A stretch of 64,000 nucleotides of DNA, from NCBI GenBank assembly GCA_963747195.1, contig CAVVDV010000005.1, forward strand, positions 601,704 through 665,703, written 5' to 3'. Below, piece by piece: positions 1 through 11,886 of the stretch. The notes beneath the pieces are model-generated. The model saw only the letters and a program-made list of their open reading frames with translations. It was not told where the DNA came from and made no database searches. This DNA is from an uncultured Actinomycetes bacterium (GTDB lineage: Bacteria > Actinomycetota > Acidimicrobiia > IMCC26256 > JACDBD01). Made by a program: the position numbers and the translations under genes. The number at the start of each line of letters is the position of its first letter. The first letter of the stretch is position 1.

Positions 1-1160
1 TCGGCCGGCGCCATGAGCTCCTCCACGCTGAGTTTCCGGAACCGATCGGCGACGTCGGCGGGGAGACCGGCGACGTAGGAGTTGAGGAACCAGCTCAACG
101 CCCAGATCGGCACCGCGGACGCCGGCACGTCCAGCTGATCGACCGTGAACGCGCCGGCGAAGAGGTTCTCGAGACCCGACGCGGTCATGTTGTAGTAGTG
201 GTGCGGATAGCCGTGATACGGCTGGAGGAACGGCGCCCCGGCGTACAGCTTGCCGCCGGGTCGCACGACTCGAGCGAGCTCGTGCGCGCATCGGAACGGG
301 TCGCGGACGTGCTCGAGGACGTTCATCGACAGCGCGGCGTCGAACGAGCCGTCGGCGAACGGTAGGTGCTCGCCGACGCCGAGCACGTCCGTGGACGGAT
401 AGCCCACGACCTCGAGGTTCACGACGTGGTCGTACACGGTCGACTTGAAACCGCTTCCTGCGTCGAGGACCAGACCGTCGGAGTAGTTCCGGATGACCTT
501 GGTCGCGATCGGGTCGTGACCCCACGAGGAGATGTTGTCCGTGTGCACGATGCCGGAGCTGGCCGCGAGGTCGGCCGGGAGGAAGTCGTAGTTCTCTGCG
601 CCGTGGGAGTAGCGGGCGCCGCATCGGGTGCACTCGAGCGTGGTCGCATCCGCTCGCCTGAGCTCGCCCCGGCAGTCGTCGCCGCCGATCCGGCCGTTGA
701 TCGGACGCGGGCAGCGCAGGATCCGCTCGATGCGCTCGAGCTTCTTGCGCTTGATGTCACGGAACTCGTCCAGCGCCGCCGCCGACGGGTCGACGTCGAG
801 AACTTCGCGGTACTCCTGACCGTCGACGCGGAGCACGAGGCTCCAGCGACTCTTGGCGGTCTCGGGGGTGATCGGGACGATCGTCTGGTAGCCCGTCACG
901 TGCCAGTCGTCGCCGAAGCCCGCCTCCACGTCACCGCGTTGCACGAGCTCGAGGGGAAGCAGCTCACCGACGTCGACGAACGGTCCCTCCCACGCCGAGG
1001 CGCGCGGGACGGCGACCCATCCCGACACGAGCACCGAGTGCGTCGGCGGGTCCTGCCACCGAGGCGAGTCGACGTGGGAGAGGTACGGAACCGGGTCGGG
1101 AGCCGCGTCGGGAGCTCGCCGGAATCGGTTCCGCAGCCCTCGGAGGCTCGGTCGGGGCAC
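1..1160 (-). CDS. Class I SAM-dependent methyltransferase (type 11-like) with N-terminal extension and Cys-rich Trm112-like segment; 3' end beyond the window edge
   Basis: Manual translation from GTG at 1160 is open to the edge: LRCPRP...DCRGEL...ECTRCGARY, VLDAGSG (motif I), LPFADGSFDAALSMNVLEHVRDP, ARVVRPGGKLY, PYHGYPHHYYNMT. Confidence 0.85.
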   Translation of the reverse strand, partial: MPRPSLRGLRNRFRRAPDAAPDPVPYLSHVDSPRWQDPPTHSVLVSGWVAVPRASAWEGPFVDVGELLPLELVQRGDVEAGFGDDWHVTGYQTIVPITPETAKSRWSLVLRVDGQEYREVLDVDPSAAALDEFRDIKRKKLERIERILRCPRPINGRIGGDDCRGELRRADATTLECTRCGARYSHGAENYDFLPADLAASSGIVHTDNISSWGHDPIATKVIRNYSDGLVLDAGSGFKSTVYDHVVNLEVVGYPSTDVLGVGEHLPFADGSFDAALSMNVLEHVRDPFRCAHELARVVRPGGKLYAGAPFLQPYHGYPHHYYNMTASGLENLFAGAFTVDQLDVPASAVPIWALSWFLNSYVAGLPADVADRFRKLSVEELMAPA

Positions 1161-1218
1161 GGCCCGCGACGCTACAGCCCGCGTTCGCGGCGACCTGCAC
1201 CGCTACGATCGGTATCCG

Positions 1219-2007
1219 ATGCAGCAGTCGCCCGACGACCTCGCCCGGACGGCGCGCCGCCTCGTCACCGATCTGCAACTCGAGTCCGTGCTCGACGCCG
1301 GCTCCGGGCCGGGCCTGCTCGTCGAGAAGCTCCGCGACCTCGACGTCGACGCGAGCGGCGCTCGAGGCCACCGAATCCCTCGGCGAGCCGCTCGAGCGGA
1401 AGTACGACCTCGTCCTGTGCATCGAGGTGCTCGAGCAGCTTGCGCCGGCCGACGGCCGAGCCCGCCCTCGAGAACCTGTGCGCTCCGACCGACCGCGTGC
1501 TGCTCTCGTCGACGCCGTTCGAGTACTCCGAGCCGGCGAACGTGAACGTCCACGCGCCGGAGGACTGGTCGGCGCAGTTCGCCCGCCAGGGCTTCGTGCG
1601 CAACCTCGACTACGACGCCTCGTTCCTCACGCCCGTGGGCCGCGCTCTACGAGCGCTCGCACACGTTGCTGCCCGAGGTCGTGCGGACGTACGACCGGGC
1701 GTGGTGGCAGCTCCGCCTCGAGGTCCGCCAGGTGCGTGAGAAGGTGCTCGAGCTCCACGCCCAGCTCGAGGAGGGCGGCGGGCCGGTCGCCGAGGAGAAC
1801 CTGCGCCTGCGCGAAGAGCTCCTGCTCGCCCGCGACGACATCGTCGGGCACGAGGCCCGGCTGGGCGAGGCGCTCGGACGGATCGAGGTGCTCGAGGCCG
1901 AGCTGCGCCGCCACCAGGACGCGCTGGCCGGCGCCGAAGGGATCCTCGGCTCGCGCTCGGGCCGGCTCCTGCGCGCCTGGCATCGTGTCCGGGCGCTGCT
2001 CCGGTGA
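1219..2007 (+). CDS. SAM-dependent methyltransferase with C-terminal coiled coil and basic amphipathic tail (frameshifted in assembly)
   Basis: SVLDAGSGPG (1219 frame), YDLVLCIEVLEQ, DRVLLSSTP...HAPEDWSAQFARQGF, then heptad-like LRLEVRQVREKVLELHAQLEE...LEAELRRHQDAL and tail SRSGRLLRAWHRVRALLR; TGA overlaps the next GTG. Confidence 0.75.
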
Positions 2008-3636
2008 CCGAAGATCCGTCTCACGCGCCGCCTCGCATCTCGATCGTCGTCGTAGCCGTCGGCGCGCCGGTCGACCGCGTGGCGGAGTCGGTCGACTCGC
2101 TACGACACCAGACCGCCGGGGGCTGGGACGCCTGCGTGGTCGCGAGCCCCGACGAGATCGCGCCGCTGCGCGCCGCGCTCGAGCGCGCCGGCTCAGACGG
2201 CCGCGTGACGCTCCGAGCGACGAGTGACGCGGTGGCGCCCGCCGCTGCGCTCGCCGACGCGGTCGCGAGCACGAGCGCGGAGCTCGTCACCTGGCTCGAC
2301 GCCGGTGACCGCGTCGACCCCGTCGCCGTCGAGCGCGTGCTCGCCGTGGCCGGCGACGACGTCGACTTCGTCTACACGGACGAGGACGAGCTCGACGACC
2401 CGCTCGATCGCGACGGCGACGGCTCGCCGTCCGGCCCGCGCCTCAAGCCGGACTGGTCGCCCGAGCGGCTCTCGGTGTACCCGTACACGGGCCGCCTCGC
2501 CGTCTTCCGGCGCACGACGCTCGACGAGGCGGGCGGCATCCGGCCCGAGCTCGCGCTCGCCCTCGACCACGACGTCGCGTTGCGGGTGGGCGAGCGCGCC
2601 CGGCGCGTCGTCCACGTCGCCGAAGTGCTGTACCGCCGCCGTCGCCCCTACCTCGGCACGACGCCCGCCCGAGCGCCGGCGGCGGCGATCCGCGTCGTGG
2701 CCGAGCACCTCGACCGCATCGGCTTCCCGGCGACCGTCGACCACGATCCCGAGCGCCCCCGTCTGCTGCGGCTCCGTCCCGCCCGCGCGACGCGCCCGCC
2801 GGTCTCGATCGTGATCCCCACCGGCGGCCACCGGCGGGTCGTCCACGGCCAGTCGATGAACCTGGTGGCGAACTGTGTCGGCAGCATCGTGCGGCGCTCG
2901 ACGTACCCCGACTACGAGGTCGTGTGCGTGGTCGACGAGTCCACCGACGACCAAGCCCGGCGCCGAGCTCGTCGCCGCCGGCCGCGACCGGCTGCGGATC
3001 GTCCCCTACCGGGAGCCGTTCAACTTCGCCCGCAAGATCAACCTCGGCGTGCTGCAGGCGCGCAACGACTACCTCGTCATCCTGAACGACGACACCGAGG
3101 TGATCACGCCCGAGTGGATCGAGTCGCTGCTGATGTTCGCCCGGGAGCCCGCGGTCGGAGCGGTCGGCGCCAAGCTGCGCTTCGCCGACGGGCGCCTCCA
3201 GCACGTGGGTGTCGTCGCCGTCGGCGGCAACCCCGGCCACCCGTACTACGGCTTCCCGGCCGATTTCGACGGCCACATGGACAACGCGCGCACGCCGACC
3301 AACTGCATCGCCGTCACCGCCGCCTGCATGATGACGCGGCGCGACTCGTTCGAGAGCGTCGGCGGGCTGTCGCTCGAGTTCCCGCTCAACTACAACGACG
3401 TCGACTACTGCCTGAAGCTGTACCACTCCGGGCGCCGGATGGTGTTCGACCCGTACGCCGAGCTGTTCCACTTCGAGACGTCGAGCCGGGCGACGGGGAG
3501 CGTCAGCGAAGCCGAGCTCGAGGCGCTCCGGGCGCGCTGGGGCCGGATCCTGCGACGCGACCCGTACTACAACCCGGGCTTCGGCGGCCGGGCCGACTTC
3601 GTGCTGCCGCTCGCCGTCAACGCGGCCGCGGGCTGA
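2004..3636 (+). CDS. Glycosyltransferase family 2, two GT-A domains (frameshift near 2955)
   Basis: ISIVVVA, VDFVYTDED...KPDWSPERL, VSIVIPT, FNFARKINLG, LNDDTEVI, LQHVGV, YNDVDYCLK, DPYYNP. Confidence 0.9.
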
Positions 3637-6131
3637 AGCGCTGCTCGAGCTTCGCCCGCAGCGCCCGCCACTCGCGCCGGCGGACGAACCGCACCGCCTT
3701 GCGCAGGTCGGCCCGCCATCCGAGCTGGTCCTGCATCCCGGTATGGAGGCTGCCGACCATCGCCGCCGTCTCGGGATCGACGAGGTCGGGGGCGCGGCTC
3801 GGGGCGCGGCAGAACTCGAGCAACGGCTCGAGGACGGTCGACCACTGGTACCGGGGCACGACACGCTCGATCGCGGTTCGGCACGAGCGGTTGAGCTCCT
3901 CGTCGTCCAGGAGCCGGAACAGCGCGTCCTCCAGCGCGTCGACGTCGCCGGGCGGGACCGTGAGCCCGATGGCGCTCGTCTCGATGAGCGCGGCGAGCGA
4001 GTCGCCGCTCGTGGCCACGATCGGCAGCGACGCCCAGAGGTAGTCGAGGATCCGGGTGCGGAACGAGAACTCGGTCTCGACGTGGTCGAGGTGCGTGCTC
4101 ACGCCGATGTCGGCCTCGAGCAGGTAGTTCTGGCGGTCGTCGTACTCGACCCAGTCCTCGTTGAAGAACACGTGCGTGCCGGTGAGCCCGAGCTCGTCGG
4201 CGAGCGCGACGGCGTCTCGTCGGCCATCCGCATCTCGCCGACGTGCGGGTTCGGGTGCTTCAGGCCGAGGAAGTACAGCCGCACCTCCGGCATGCGCCTG
4301 CGCAGCTTGTCGACGGCGCGGAGCAGCGTGAGCGGGTCGAACCAGTTGTAGATCCCGCCGCCCCAGAGGATGACCTTGTCGTCGTCGCCGATGCCGGGCA
4401 CGACGCCCCTGAGCACCGGCCGGGTGTGGCGCGGCGGCTCGTCGGTCACGCCGAACGGCACCACCGCGAGCAGGTCTTCGAGGTTCTCGTCGCCGTCGTA
4501 GGTGGCCGGGTTGATCCGGCCGACGGCCGCGAGCTGCCCGAGCCAGAAGTCGCGCTGCTTGTCGCTCGCGCACAGGAAGAAGTCGCCCCGCCGCAGCTGC
4601 TCGTTGAGCACGTCGGTGGACGACTGCGCCGCGAGACGGCGCGCCGGTCGGGGTCGAGATCGCGGGCCTGCTCGAGCTGCTCGAGGTGGAACGGGTCGTA
4701 GATGTCGGCGACGACGATCTTCTTCGTGTCGCGCGAGCACCGGGTGCTGGCGCATCAGGTGGCCCTGGAAGACGATCACGTCGCACCAGGCCTCGAGCGT
4801 CGTCGAGCCCGCGTTCGTCGACGTGCGCGGACCGGGAAGTCGGGATGCGTGAGGCTGCACGTCGCTCGGTGCTCACGAGCTGGACGTCGTGCTCGCGTGC
4901 GAGCGCGCACGCGATGTGCCACGCGCGGATCGCCGGGCCCGGCCATCCTCGGCTCGAGCACGTCGCCGGTGAGCGACGACGATCCGCCGGCGCTGCGAGA
5001 CGATCCGGTCGACGCCCAAGGCGTCGACGACGGCCGAGAACGACGCCACGAACTCGGGATCGCCGATGTTCGAGAACATCGGGAGCCGGAACAGACGGAG
5101 TGATCTCGTGGTCGGCGCGCCGGCGCGCCGCCTGGAGCGCGCGCCGGTCGCCGGTGAGCCCGGGGAGCGCCTCGACGAACGAGTCGACGGCGTACGACGG
5201 CGCGAGCGGTCCTCGGCGTCGACGTCGATCCGGTCGTCCGCGTCCGATGCGGGCGGGCGGCGCTGCGGGATCGAGCACGCCGGTGTCGTCGCCGCCGCGG
5301 ACGGTCCCCCGCCGAGCGGCGAGCATCAACGCCGCCGGGAGCGACCGCCGCAGGTTGTCGTCGTCGTAGTTCTTGAAGATCGTGAACAGCGCGTTGCGCT
5401 CGAGCAGGTAGTGCTCCTGGGCCGGCGCCGAGCGCGCCCATCGACGCGTGGTGGCGGTGGAACGCGAGCGACGCGGGCACGTACCGGACGCGGTAGCCGA
5501 GCAGCCAGAGCCGCCAGCCGAGGTCGACGTCCTCGAAGAACATGAAGTAGCGCTCGTCGAACCCGCCGACCTCGCGGAACGTCGACGCCCGGGCGACCAT
5601 CGCCGCGCCCGAGGCGAACAGCACGTCGGCCTCGCGGTCGTACGCCGGGGTGTCGGGCTCGCCGGCGTGCAGCTTGAAGCCGTGGCCGTAGAACGCCGAG
5701 GCCGGCGTCGACGAAGTCGACCAGCTCGCCGTCCCAGTCGAGCACCTTGCTGGCGACGCACGCGACCGAGCCGTCCCGGTCGAGCACCGCCGACCGCGGC
5801 CGACAGCCATTCGGGATCGGGCCGGGCGTCGTTGTTGAGGAAGGCGAGGTACTCGCCGGTCGCGGCCTGCGCGCCGGCGTTGCACCCGCCGGCGAACCCG
5901 AGGTTCTGCGTCGAGCGCCAGCACCTCGACCTCCGGGATGCTCCGTCGCGATGCGCTCGACGCTGCCGTCGCCCGACGCGTTGTCGACGACGATGACTCG
6001 AGCCGCTCGCGGGGCCAGTCGAGCTCGCGCAAGGCCGCGAGCGCGGCGAACGTGTCGTCGGCGCCGCGGTAGTTCACGATCACGACCGACACGACGCCCG
6101 GCGTCTCGGGCTGGGTCTGGAGCCGGCTCAC
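3617..6131 (-). CDS. GT2-GT4 fusion glycosyltransferase (several frameshifts)
   Basis: GTG at 6131 overlaps the wzt stop; VSVVIVNYRG, GGFDERYFMFFEDVDLGWRLWLLG, WGGGIYNWFDP, STHLDHVETEFSFRTRILDYLWASLP. Confidence 0.85.
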
Positions 6132-7357
6132 CGGGCGCCGTCCAGGATGTCGCCCTCCCACGTGCCGCCGAGCGACACGAACGCCGTACTCCTCGTGCGG
6201 GTCGCCGAGCTCGACGTCGAACCGGAAGGCCCGGTGGCGCATGTCGTAGACGTGCGCGCCGCGTGATGTTGAACATCGAGGCGCTCACGTCGTACGTGCC
6301 CGGGAGCAGCAGCAGGCGGTCGACGCGCAGGTCGACCCAACCCTCGGCCCCGTTCGAGGCGGTCCGGGAACAAGCCGACCTCGCGCGTGTTCGGGCCGGT
6401 GACCCAGACGCCGTCGAGCGTGTAGAGCGCCAGCCCGAACACCGGCTTGTCGATCGAGCGCGTCGGACTTGTAGTGGAACCGGAAGACGACCGTGTCGCC
6501 GGTGCGGACCCGCTTCACGGGCTCGCCCGACGCGTCGAGGAGCTCGATCTCTCGATCCGCGCCTCGCCCGACCCCCACCGCGACGCCGTGCTCGCCGTCG
6601 GCGGCGCGGTCGGCGTGCGACGTCGCCGAGGTACTCGTCGATGACCTCGCCCGGCGTGGCCGACGTCGGCGGAGCACGCCGTGCTCGAGCCAGCGCGACC
6701 TCGTCGCACAGGTTGCGCACCGATGCCGAGCGCGTGCGACACGATCACGATCGTCTTGCCCTGCTGCGCGGAAGCTCGGCGAACTTCTCCGAGCACTTGC
6801 GCTGGAACTCGGCGTCGCCGACCGCGAGCACCTCGTCGATGAGCAGGATGTCGGGGTCGACGTTGATCGCGACCGAGAACCCGAGCCGCACGTACATGCC
6901 CGACGAGTAGTTCTTCACCGGCGTGTCGATGAACTGCTCGAGCCCGGCGAACTCGACGATCTCGTCGAAGCGCTGCGTCGAGCTGCTTCTTGCGTCAGGC
7001 CGAGGATCGAGCCGTTGAGGAAGACGTTCTCGCGCCCGGACAGCTCGGGGTGGAAGCCGGCGCCGAGCTCGAGGAGCGCCGAGATCTTGCCGTGCGTCGT
7101 CGATCGCGCCCCTTGTCGGGCCGCAGGATGCTGGGCGATGCACTTGAGCAGCGTGCTCTTGCCCGAGCCGTTCTCGCCGATGAGGCCGAACGTCGATGCC
7201 CTCGGGCACCTCGAACGAGACGTCCTCGAGCGCCCAGAACTCCTCGTAGCGGGCCCGGCGCGCCGCGCATGACCGCCGCCTTCAGCGACTGGTTGCGCTC
7301 GTGGTAGAGGCGGAACCGCTTCGAGACGTCGTCGACGGTGATCGCGGCCGCGCTCAC
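6128..7357 (-). CDS. wzt: Polysaccharide ABC transporter ATP-binding protein with C-terminal Wzt_C carbohydrate-binding domain (frameshifted)
   Basis: GENGSGKST Walker [41 protein letters not shown]; C-terminal domain ...[12 protein letters not shown]. Confidence 0.9.
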
Positions 7358-8191
7358 AGTTCCTCCGCGAGCCGGCGGCTCGAGCTGGCGGAACACCCAC
7401 AGCCGATCGCGAGCAGCGCCGACCGCCCACACGATGAGGTACGACGACGTCCGACAGCGGCGGGAAGCGCAGGTCGTAGAGCACGTCGCGGTAGGCCTCG
7501 ACGAAGCGGACCAGCGGGTTCAGCTCGTAGATGCCGCAGCAGCGGGACGTCGACGCCGAGCACGTCGGCGTGCTCGGGCACGAGCTGATCGGGTACACGA
7601 TCGGCGCCGAGTAGAAGAGCAGCCTGCAGCGCGATGCCCACGAAGTGCTTGACGTCGCGGAAGTAGACGTTGAGCACGCGACAGCATCAGCCCGATGCCG
7701 AGCACGAACACGGTCTGCGATCGCGACGAGCACGAGCGAGCACCGGGATCCACGGCAGCACCATGTTGCCGACGAGCAGCAGGATCACGCAGAGCACGCC
7801 GAGCTCGATGAGGAACGTGACGAGCAGCGACGCCGACGTCGACGACGACGAGCAGCTCGCGCGGGAAGTACACCTTCTTGATCAGGTTGCCGTTGCCGAC
7901 GAGCGACGTCGAGCGACGCCGTTCATCGCCGTTCGACAGGAAGTTCCACGGCAGCAGGCCGCACAGCAGGAACAGCGCGAAGATGTGGAGCCCGCTCGGG
8001 TGCCCGACGCGGCGGGTCGACCTTGAGGAAGAACGCCGAAGACGATCGAGTAGATGATGACGGTCGCCAGCGGGTTGAGCAGCGACCAGGTCCAGCCGAG
8101 CGACCGAGCGCTTGTACTGGCCGCGCAGCTCCCGGAGCGTGAGATTGACCGTGAGCTCGCGCGTACCGGCGTACTCGGCCAATCGGGTCAT
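7354..8191 (-). CDS. wzm: Polysaccharide ABC transporter permease (frameshifted)
   Basis: [60 protein letters not shown]. Confidence 0.9.
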
Positions 8192-8328
8192 CGGGCGTCA
8201 GCTCCAAGCCGGTGGGGGGCCTCGGGCACGTCGCGACCCGGAAACTCACCGGGCGGAGTCGATACGGTACAAAAACGTCCCATCACTTTGCCATCGCGCC
8301 CGCCGAGGGGCGCTCATCGGCATCTGTC

Positions 8329-9220
8329 CTATGGCGCCAGAACGGCACGCGCGATGAGATCGGTGCCGAAGCCGGTGAGGATGGCGAGGTAGAGCAGCCC
8401 GGTCGCGGCCATCACCGCCGAGTAGTAGCGCTCCTTCGGAGCGCGAGCCACGTGACGACGAGCAGCCCGATCGTGGTGACCGCGCACGACCACCACATCC
8501 ATCCGAGCAGCCCGTCGTAGCCGTCGTCGATGGTGCCGTTGAGCACCGACACCATCCCGATCGGCCATCAGGTACGCGACGATCTCGAACGGCCACAGCG
8601 ATCGCCGCCAGCACGACCATCTGCTTGATCGGGCCGCGCGCGAGGCCGGGCTGCACGAGGTACCAGTGGCCGAGCAGCATCGCGTCGGTCACCGCGCCGA
8701 GGAACAGCGCGCCCGACGACGAGCCGGAACAGCGCTCAGCGCGTAGGGCCCGCCGACGGACGCGGCCGCGCCGAGCAGCCCGACGAGCCCGGCGACCGGC
8801 GGCGAGCAGATCGAGGCGCGGGTCGGAACTCGGGCGCGTCCTCACCGGGCTGGGCTCGGCCGTCGGCGCGGTCGGCGCGCCCGGTCATCGCCGCGACCCG
8901 CTGCGGCGCGCTCGGCGCGGCGCGCTCGCGCTGGCCGCGCACGCCCGCCCGCCGCCGCGCGATCGACGACTGGCGCAGCGCGACCGCGGCCGCGAGCGCC
9001 ATCAGCCGCGGCGCCGACGTTGCGCACCGCCGCGCCGGTGCCGCCGCGTCGCCGGCCGGCGACCACCGCGGCGCGCCGGCCGCCATCACGCGGAACGACG
9101 ACGCGCAGCAGCCAGCCGTAGCCGAGCCCGACCTCGCGCCGGCGGGTCGTGACCCAGCAGGAAGAACAGCCCGCCCGTCGCCCACTGCGAGCAGGACCGT
9201 CGCCGACGTCGAGCTCGCAT
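8329..9220 (-). CDS. Multi-pass membrane protein of unknown function (frameshifted)
   Basis: Hydrophobic segments WVTTRRREVGLGYGWLLR, FLGAVTDAMLLGHWYLVQPGL, ERYYSAVMAATGLLYLAILTGFGTDL; same strand and 10 bp downstream of the peptidase. Confidence 0.7.
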
Positions 9221-9229
9221 GGCCGCGGC

Positions 9230-10331
9230 TCAGCTCGACGACGGCGAGGTCGCGCGGCGGCCTGGTTCAGGCGCTCGGGCCCGTCGGCGGTCGCGACCAC
9301 GATGTCCTCGAGCCGGAGGCCGAAGCGGCCGGGGAGGTAGATGCCGGGCTCGACGCTGAACGCGTGCCCGGGCGCGAGCGGCGTCGCGTTGCCGGCCACG
9401 ATGTACGGATCCTCGTGCGCCTCGACGCCGATGCCGTGACCGGTGCGGTGGATGAACGGTCGCCGTAGCCGGCCGTCGGTGATCACGCGGCGCGCCGCGG
9501 CGTCGACGTCCTCGCACGGCGTGCCGACGCGTCGCCGCGCGCACCGCCTGCCTCCTGCGCCTCGACGAGCACGGCGTAGGCGTCGCGCACCTCGGCGGAC
9601 GGCTCGCCCACGACGAACAGCCGGGTGATGTCGGAGCAGTAGCCGTGCCCATGCGTGCCGCCGAAGTCGCACAGCACGACGTCGCCGGGCTCGATCACCC
9701 GCGGTCGCCGGCCTCGTGGTGCGGGCTGGCCGCGTTCGGTCCCGACGCCGACGATGGCGAAGTTGGCGCGCTGGTGGCCGGCGTCGAGCATGCGCTCGCA
9801 CGAGCTCGCGGTGCACGTCGGCCTCGGTGCGGCCGGCGAACGGACGCGGCGCGCATCTCGCCGCACGATCGCCGTCGACCGCGCGCGCCGCGGCGCGCAG
9901 CGCGTCGATCTCGGCCGCGTCCTTCACCACGCGCAGCGGGCCGGTGACCTCGCTCGCGCTGCCGGAACGTGGTGCGCGGCAGCGCGCGCTGGAGCTCGAG
10001 CACGAACCGGGCCCACGTGTGGTCGCCGATGGCGGCGGTCGCGGGCGCGCCCGCGCGAGCTTCGGCGACGAGCTCGATCGGGATCGTCGGTCTCGTCCCA
10101 CGGCCGCGATCGAGAACACGTCGGGCTGCTCCTCGACGCGGGCGCCTCGAGGCGCGGCACGACGAGGGTGGCGTCGCCGTCGCGTGGCAGCACGAGCATG
10201 GTGAGGCGCTCGAGCGGCATCGCCTCGTAGCCGGTGAGCTAGGGCAGGTCGGCGCCGATCGAGAGCAGCAGCACGTCGACGCCGAGCTCGTCCATGCGGC
10301 CCCGCACCCGCGCCATGCGGTCCGCCGGCAT
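9230..10331 (-). CDS. Xaa-Pro aminopeptidase / M24 family peptidase (frameshifted)
   Basis: LLLSIGADLPYLTGY, VLCDFGG, GYCSDITR, FIHRTGHGIGVEAHEDP, FSVEPGIYLPGRFGLRLEDIV. Confidence 0.9.
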
Positions 10332-10883
10332 TACGAGTCGGCGGCGCTGAGACCGGGGAGGCCGTCGATGCTGACGGCGTTCTTCTCCTCCCGGTACTCG
10401 ACGAGGCCGTCGGGCCCGCGGCGATCGGCCCACGTCGTCAACTGGTCGCGCTCGCCCTCGTAGCTGAGGAGCGGGACGCCGTAGCCGCACGACGTGGATA
10501 CACGATCGACCTGCACGCGGATCACCGACCGCGCGCCGGGGTACGCGCCGAATCGCGGGAGGAGCGCGTCGCGCCTCGGGCTCGCCGGTCGGGAGCACCT
10601 CGCCGCGCCCGTAGAGGCGCACGATGTTCGGCTTGCCGTCGAAGGCGCAGAACATGATCGTGATGCGGCCGTTCTCGCGCAGGTGGGCGACGGTCTCGAC
10701 GCCGCTGCCGGTGAGGTCGAGGTACGCGACCGTGTTCGGATCGAGGACCGCGAAGGTGTCGAGGCCCTTGGGCGACACGTTCACGTGGCCGCCGTCGGTG
10801 GGAGCGGTGGCGACGAAGAAGACCCGCTGCGCAGCGATGAACTCTGCGAGCTCGTCGGTGATCGCCTCGAGGACCCGGCCCAT
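10331..10883 (-). CDS. Pyridoxamine 5'-phosphate oxidase-family FMN-binding protein (one frameshift)
   Basis: FFVATAP, VNVSPKG, YLDLTGSGVETVAHLRENGRITIMFCAFDG, TSCGYGVP, SIDGLPG. Confidence 0.9.
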
Positions 10884-10998
10884 CAGGCTCGCACGCGAGG
10901 AAGCGGCATCGCGAAAGAGCCTAACGGCGGCCGGTCGAGCGACGGGTAACGTATTCCGCCCTCACGGACCGCCGGACACACCGACACCCGGAAACGAG

Positions 10999-11886
10999 AT
11001 GACGTCGAACATCGATCCGGCGGATTCCGAGAAGCCCCTTCCGCCCGACGAGTTGCAGTACCGCGTGTCGGGTGTCCGCGAGGGCGAGGCGACGTTCCGG
11101 GAATCGGGGCGCATCAGCGCATCCGAGATCGAGGCGGCGCTCGCGTCGTGGGAGCGCCCGCTCGACTCGTTCGACCGCATCCTGGACTTCGGATGCGGGT
11201 GCGGCCGCATCGCGATGTGGTTGGAGGGGCTCGCGGCACGGAGCGAGCTGTACGGAACCGACATCGACGCCGACGCGCTCGAGTGGGCGTCGGCGAACTT
11301 TCCGTACGCCCGTTTCGAGCGCAACGGTCAGTTCCCGCCGTTGCCGTTTCCCGACGCCCACTTCGACCTCGTGTTCTCGAGCAGCGTCTTCACGCACATC
11401 GACGAGCACGCCCAGGACCTCTGGCTCGCCGAGCTCCGGCGTGTCACCCGGCCGGGCGGATACCTGCTGCTCAGCGTCCACGGCGAGCGTGCGTTCCGGC
11501 ACGCCGAAGCAGCGGCGCGGGGCCAGGGCCAGGACACGACGGGTTGGGAGCCGGCGCTCGCGACGCGCGGCATCCTCTTCGTCGAGGACGACAACTGGGT
11601 CGGTGGGCCGTTCCCCGACTGGTACCACACGACGTTTCACGCGCCGTGGTACGTGTTCTCGCACTGGGGAAGGGACCTCTTGATCCGCGCGTTCATCCCC
11701 CGGCGCAGCCTCGAGTACCAGGATTACGTCCTGCTCGAAGTGCCGGGCGGTGAGACGCCGCTGGTCGAGCCGGTCGCCCCGGCCGTGCAGGAGCTGTCGG
11801 CGCGTCTGACCCTCATCGAGAGCAGCCGGAGCTGGCGTCTGGCGCGTTGGATCAGCGGCCTGGGCCGGCCGCTCAGGAGGCGCTGA
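10999..11886 (+). CDS. Class I SAM-dependent methyltransferase
   Basis: [48 protein letters not shown]; tail [22 protein letters not shown]. Confidence 0.9.
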   Translation: MTSNIDPADSEKPLPPDELQYRVSGVREGEATFRESGRISASEIEAALASWERPLDSFDRILDFGCGCGRIAMWLEGLAARSELYGTDIDADALEWASANFPYARFERNGQFPPLPFPDAHFDLVFSSSVFTHIDEHAQDLWLAELRRVTRPGGYLLLSVHGERAFRHAEAAARGQGQDTTGWEPALATRGILFVEDDNWVGGPFPDWYHTTFHAPWYVFSHWGRDLLIRAFIPRRSLEYQDYVLLEVPGGETPLVEPVAPAVQELSARLTLIESSRSWRLARWISGLGRPLRRR

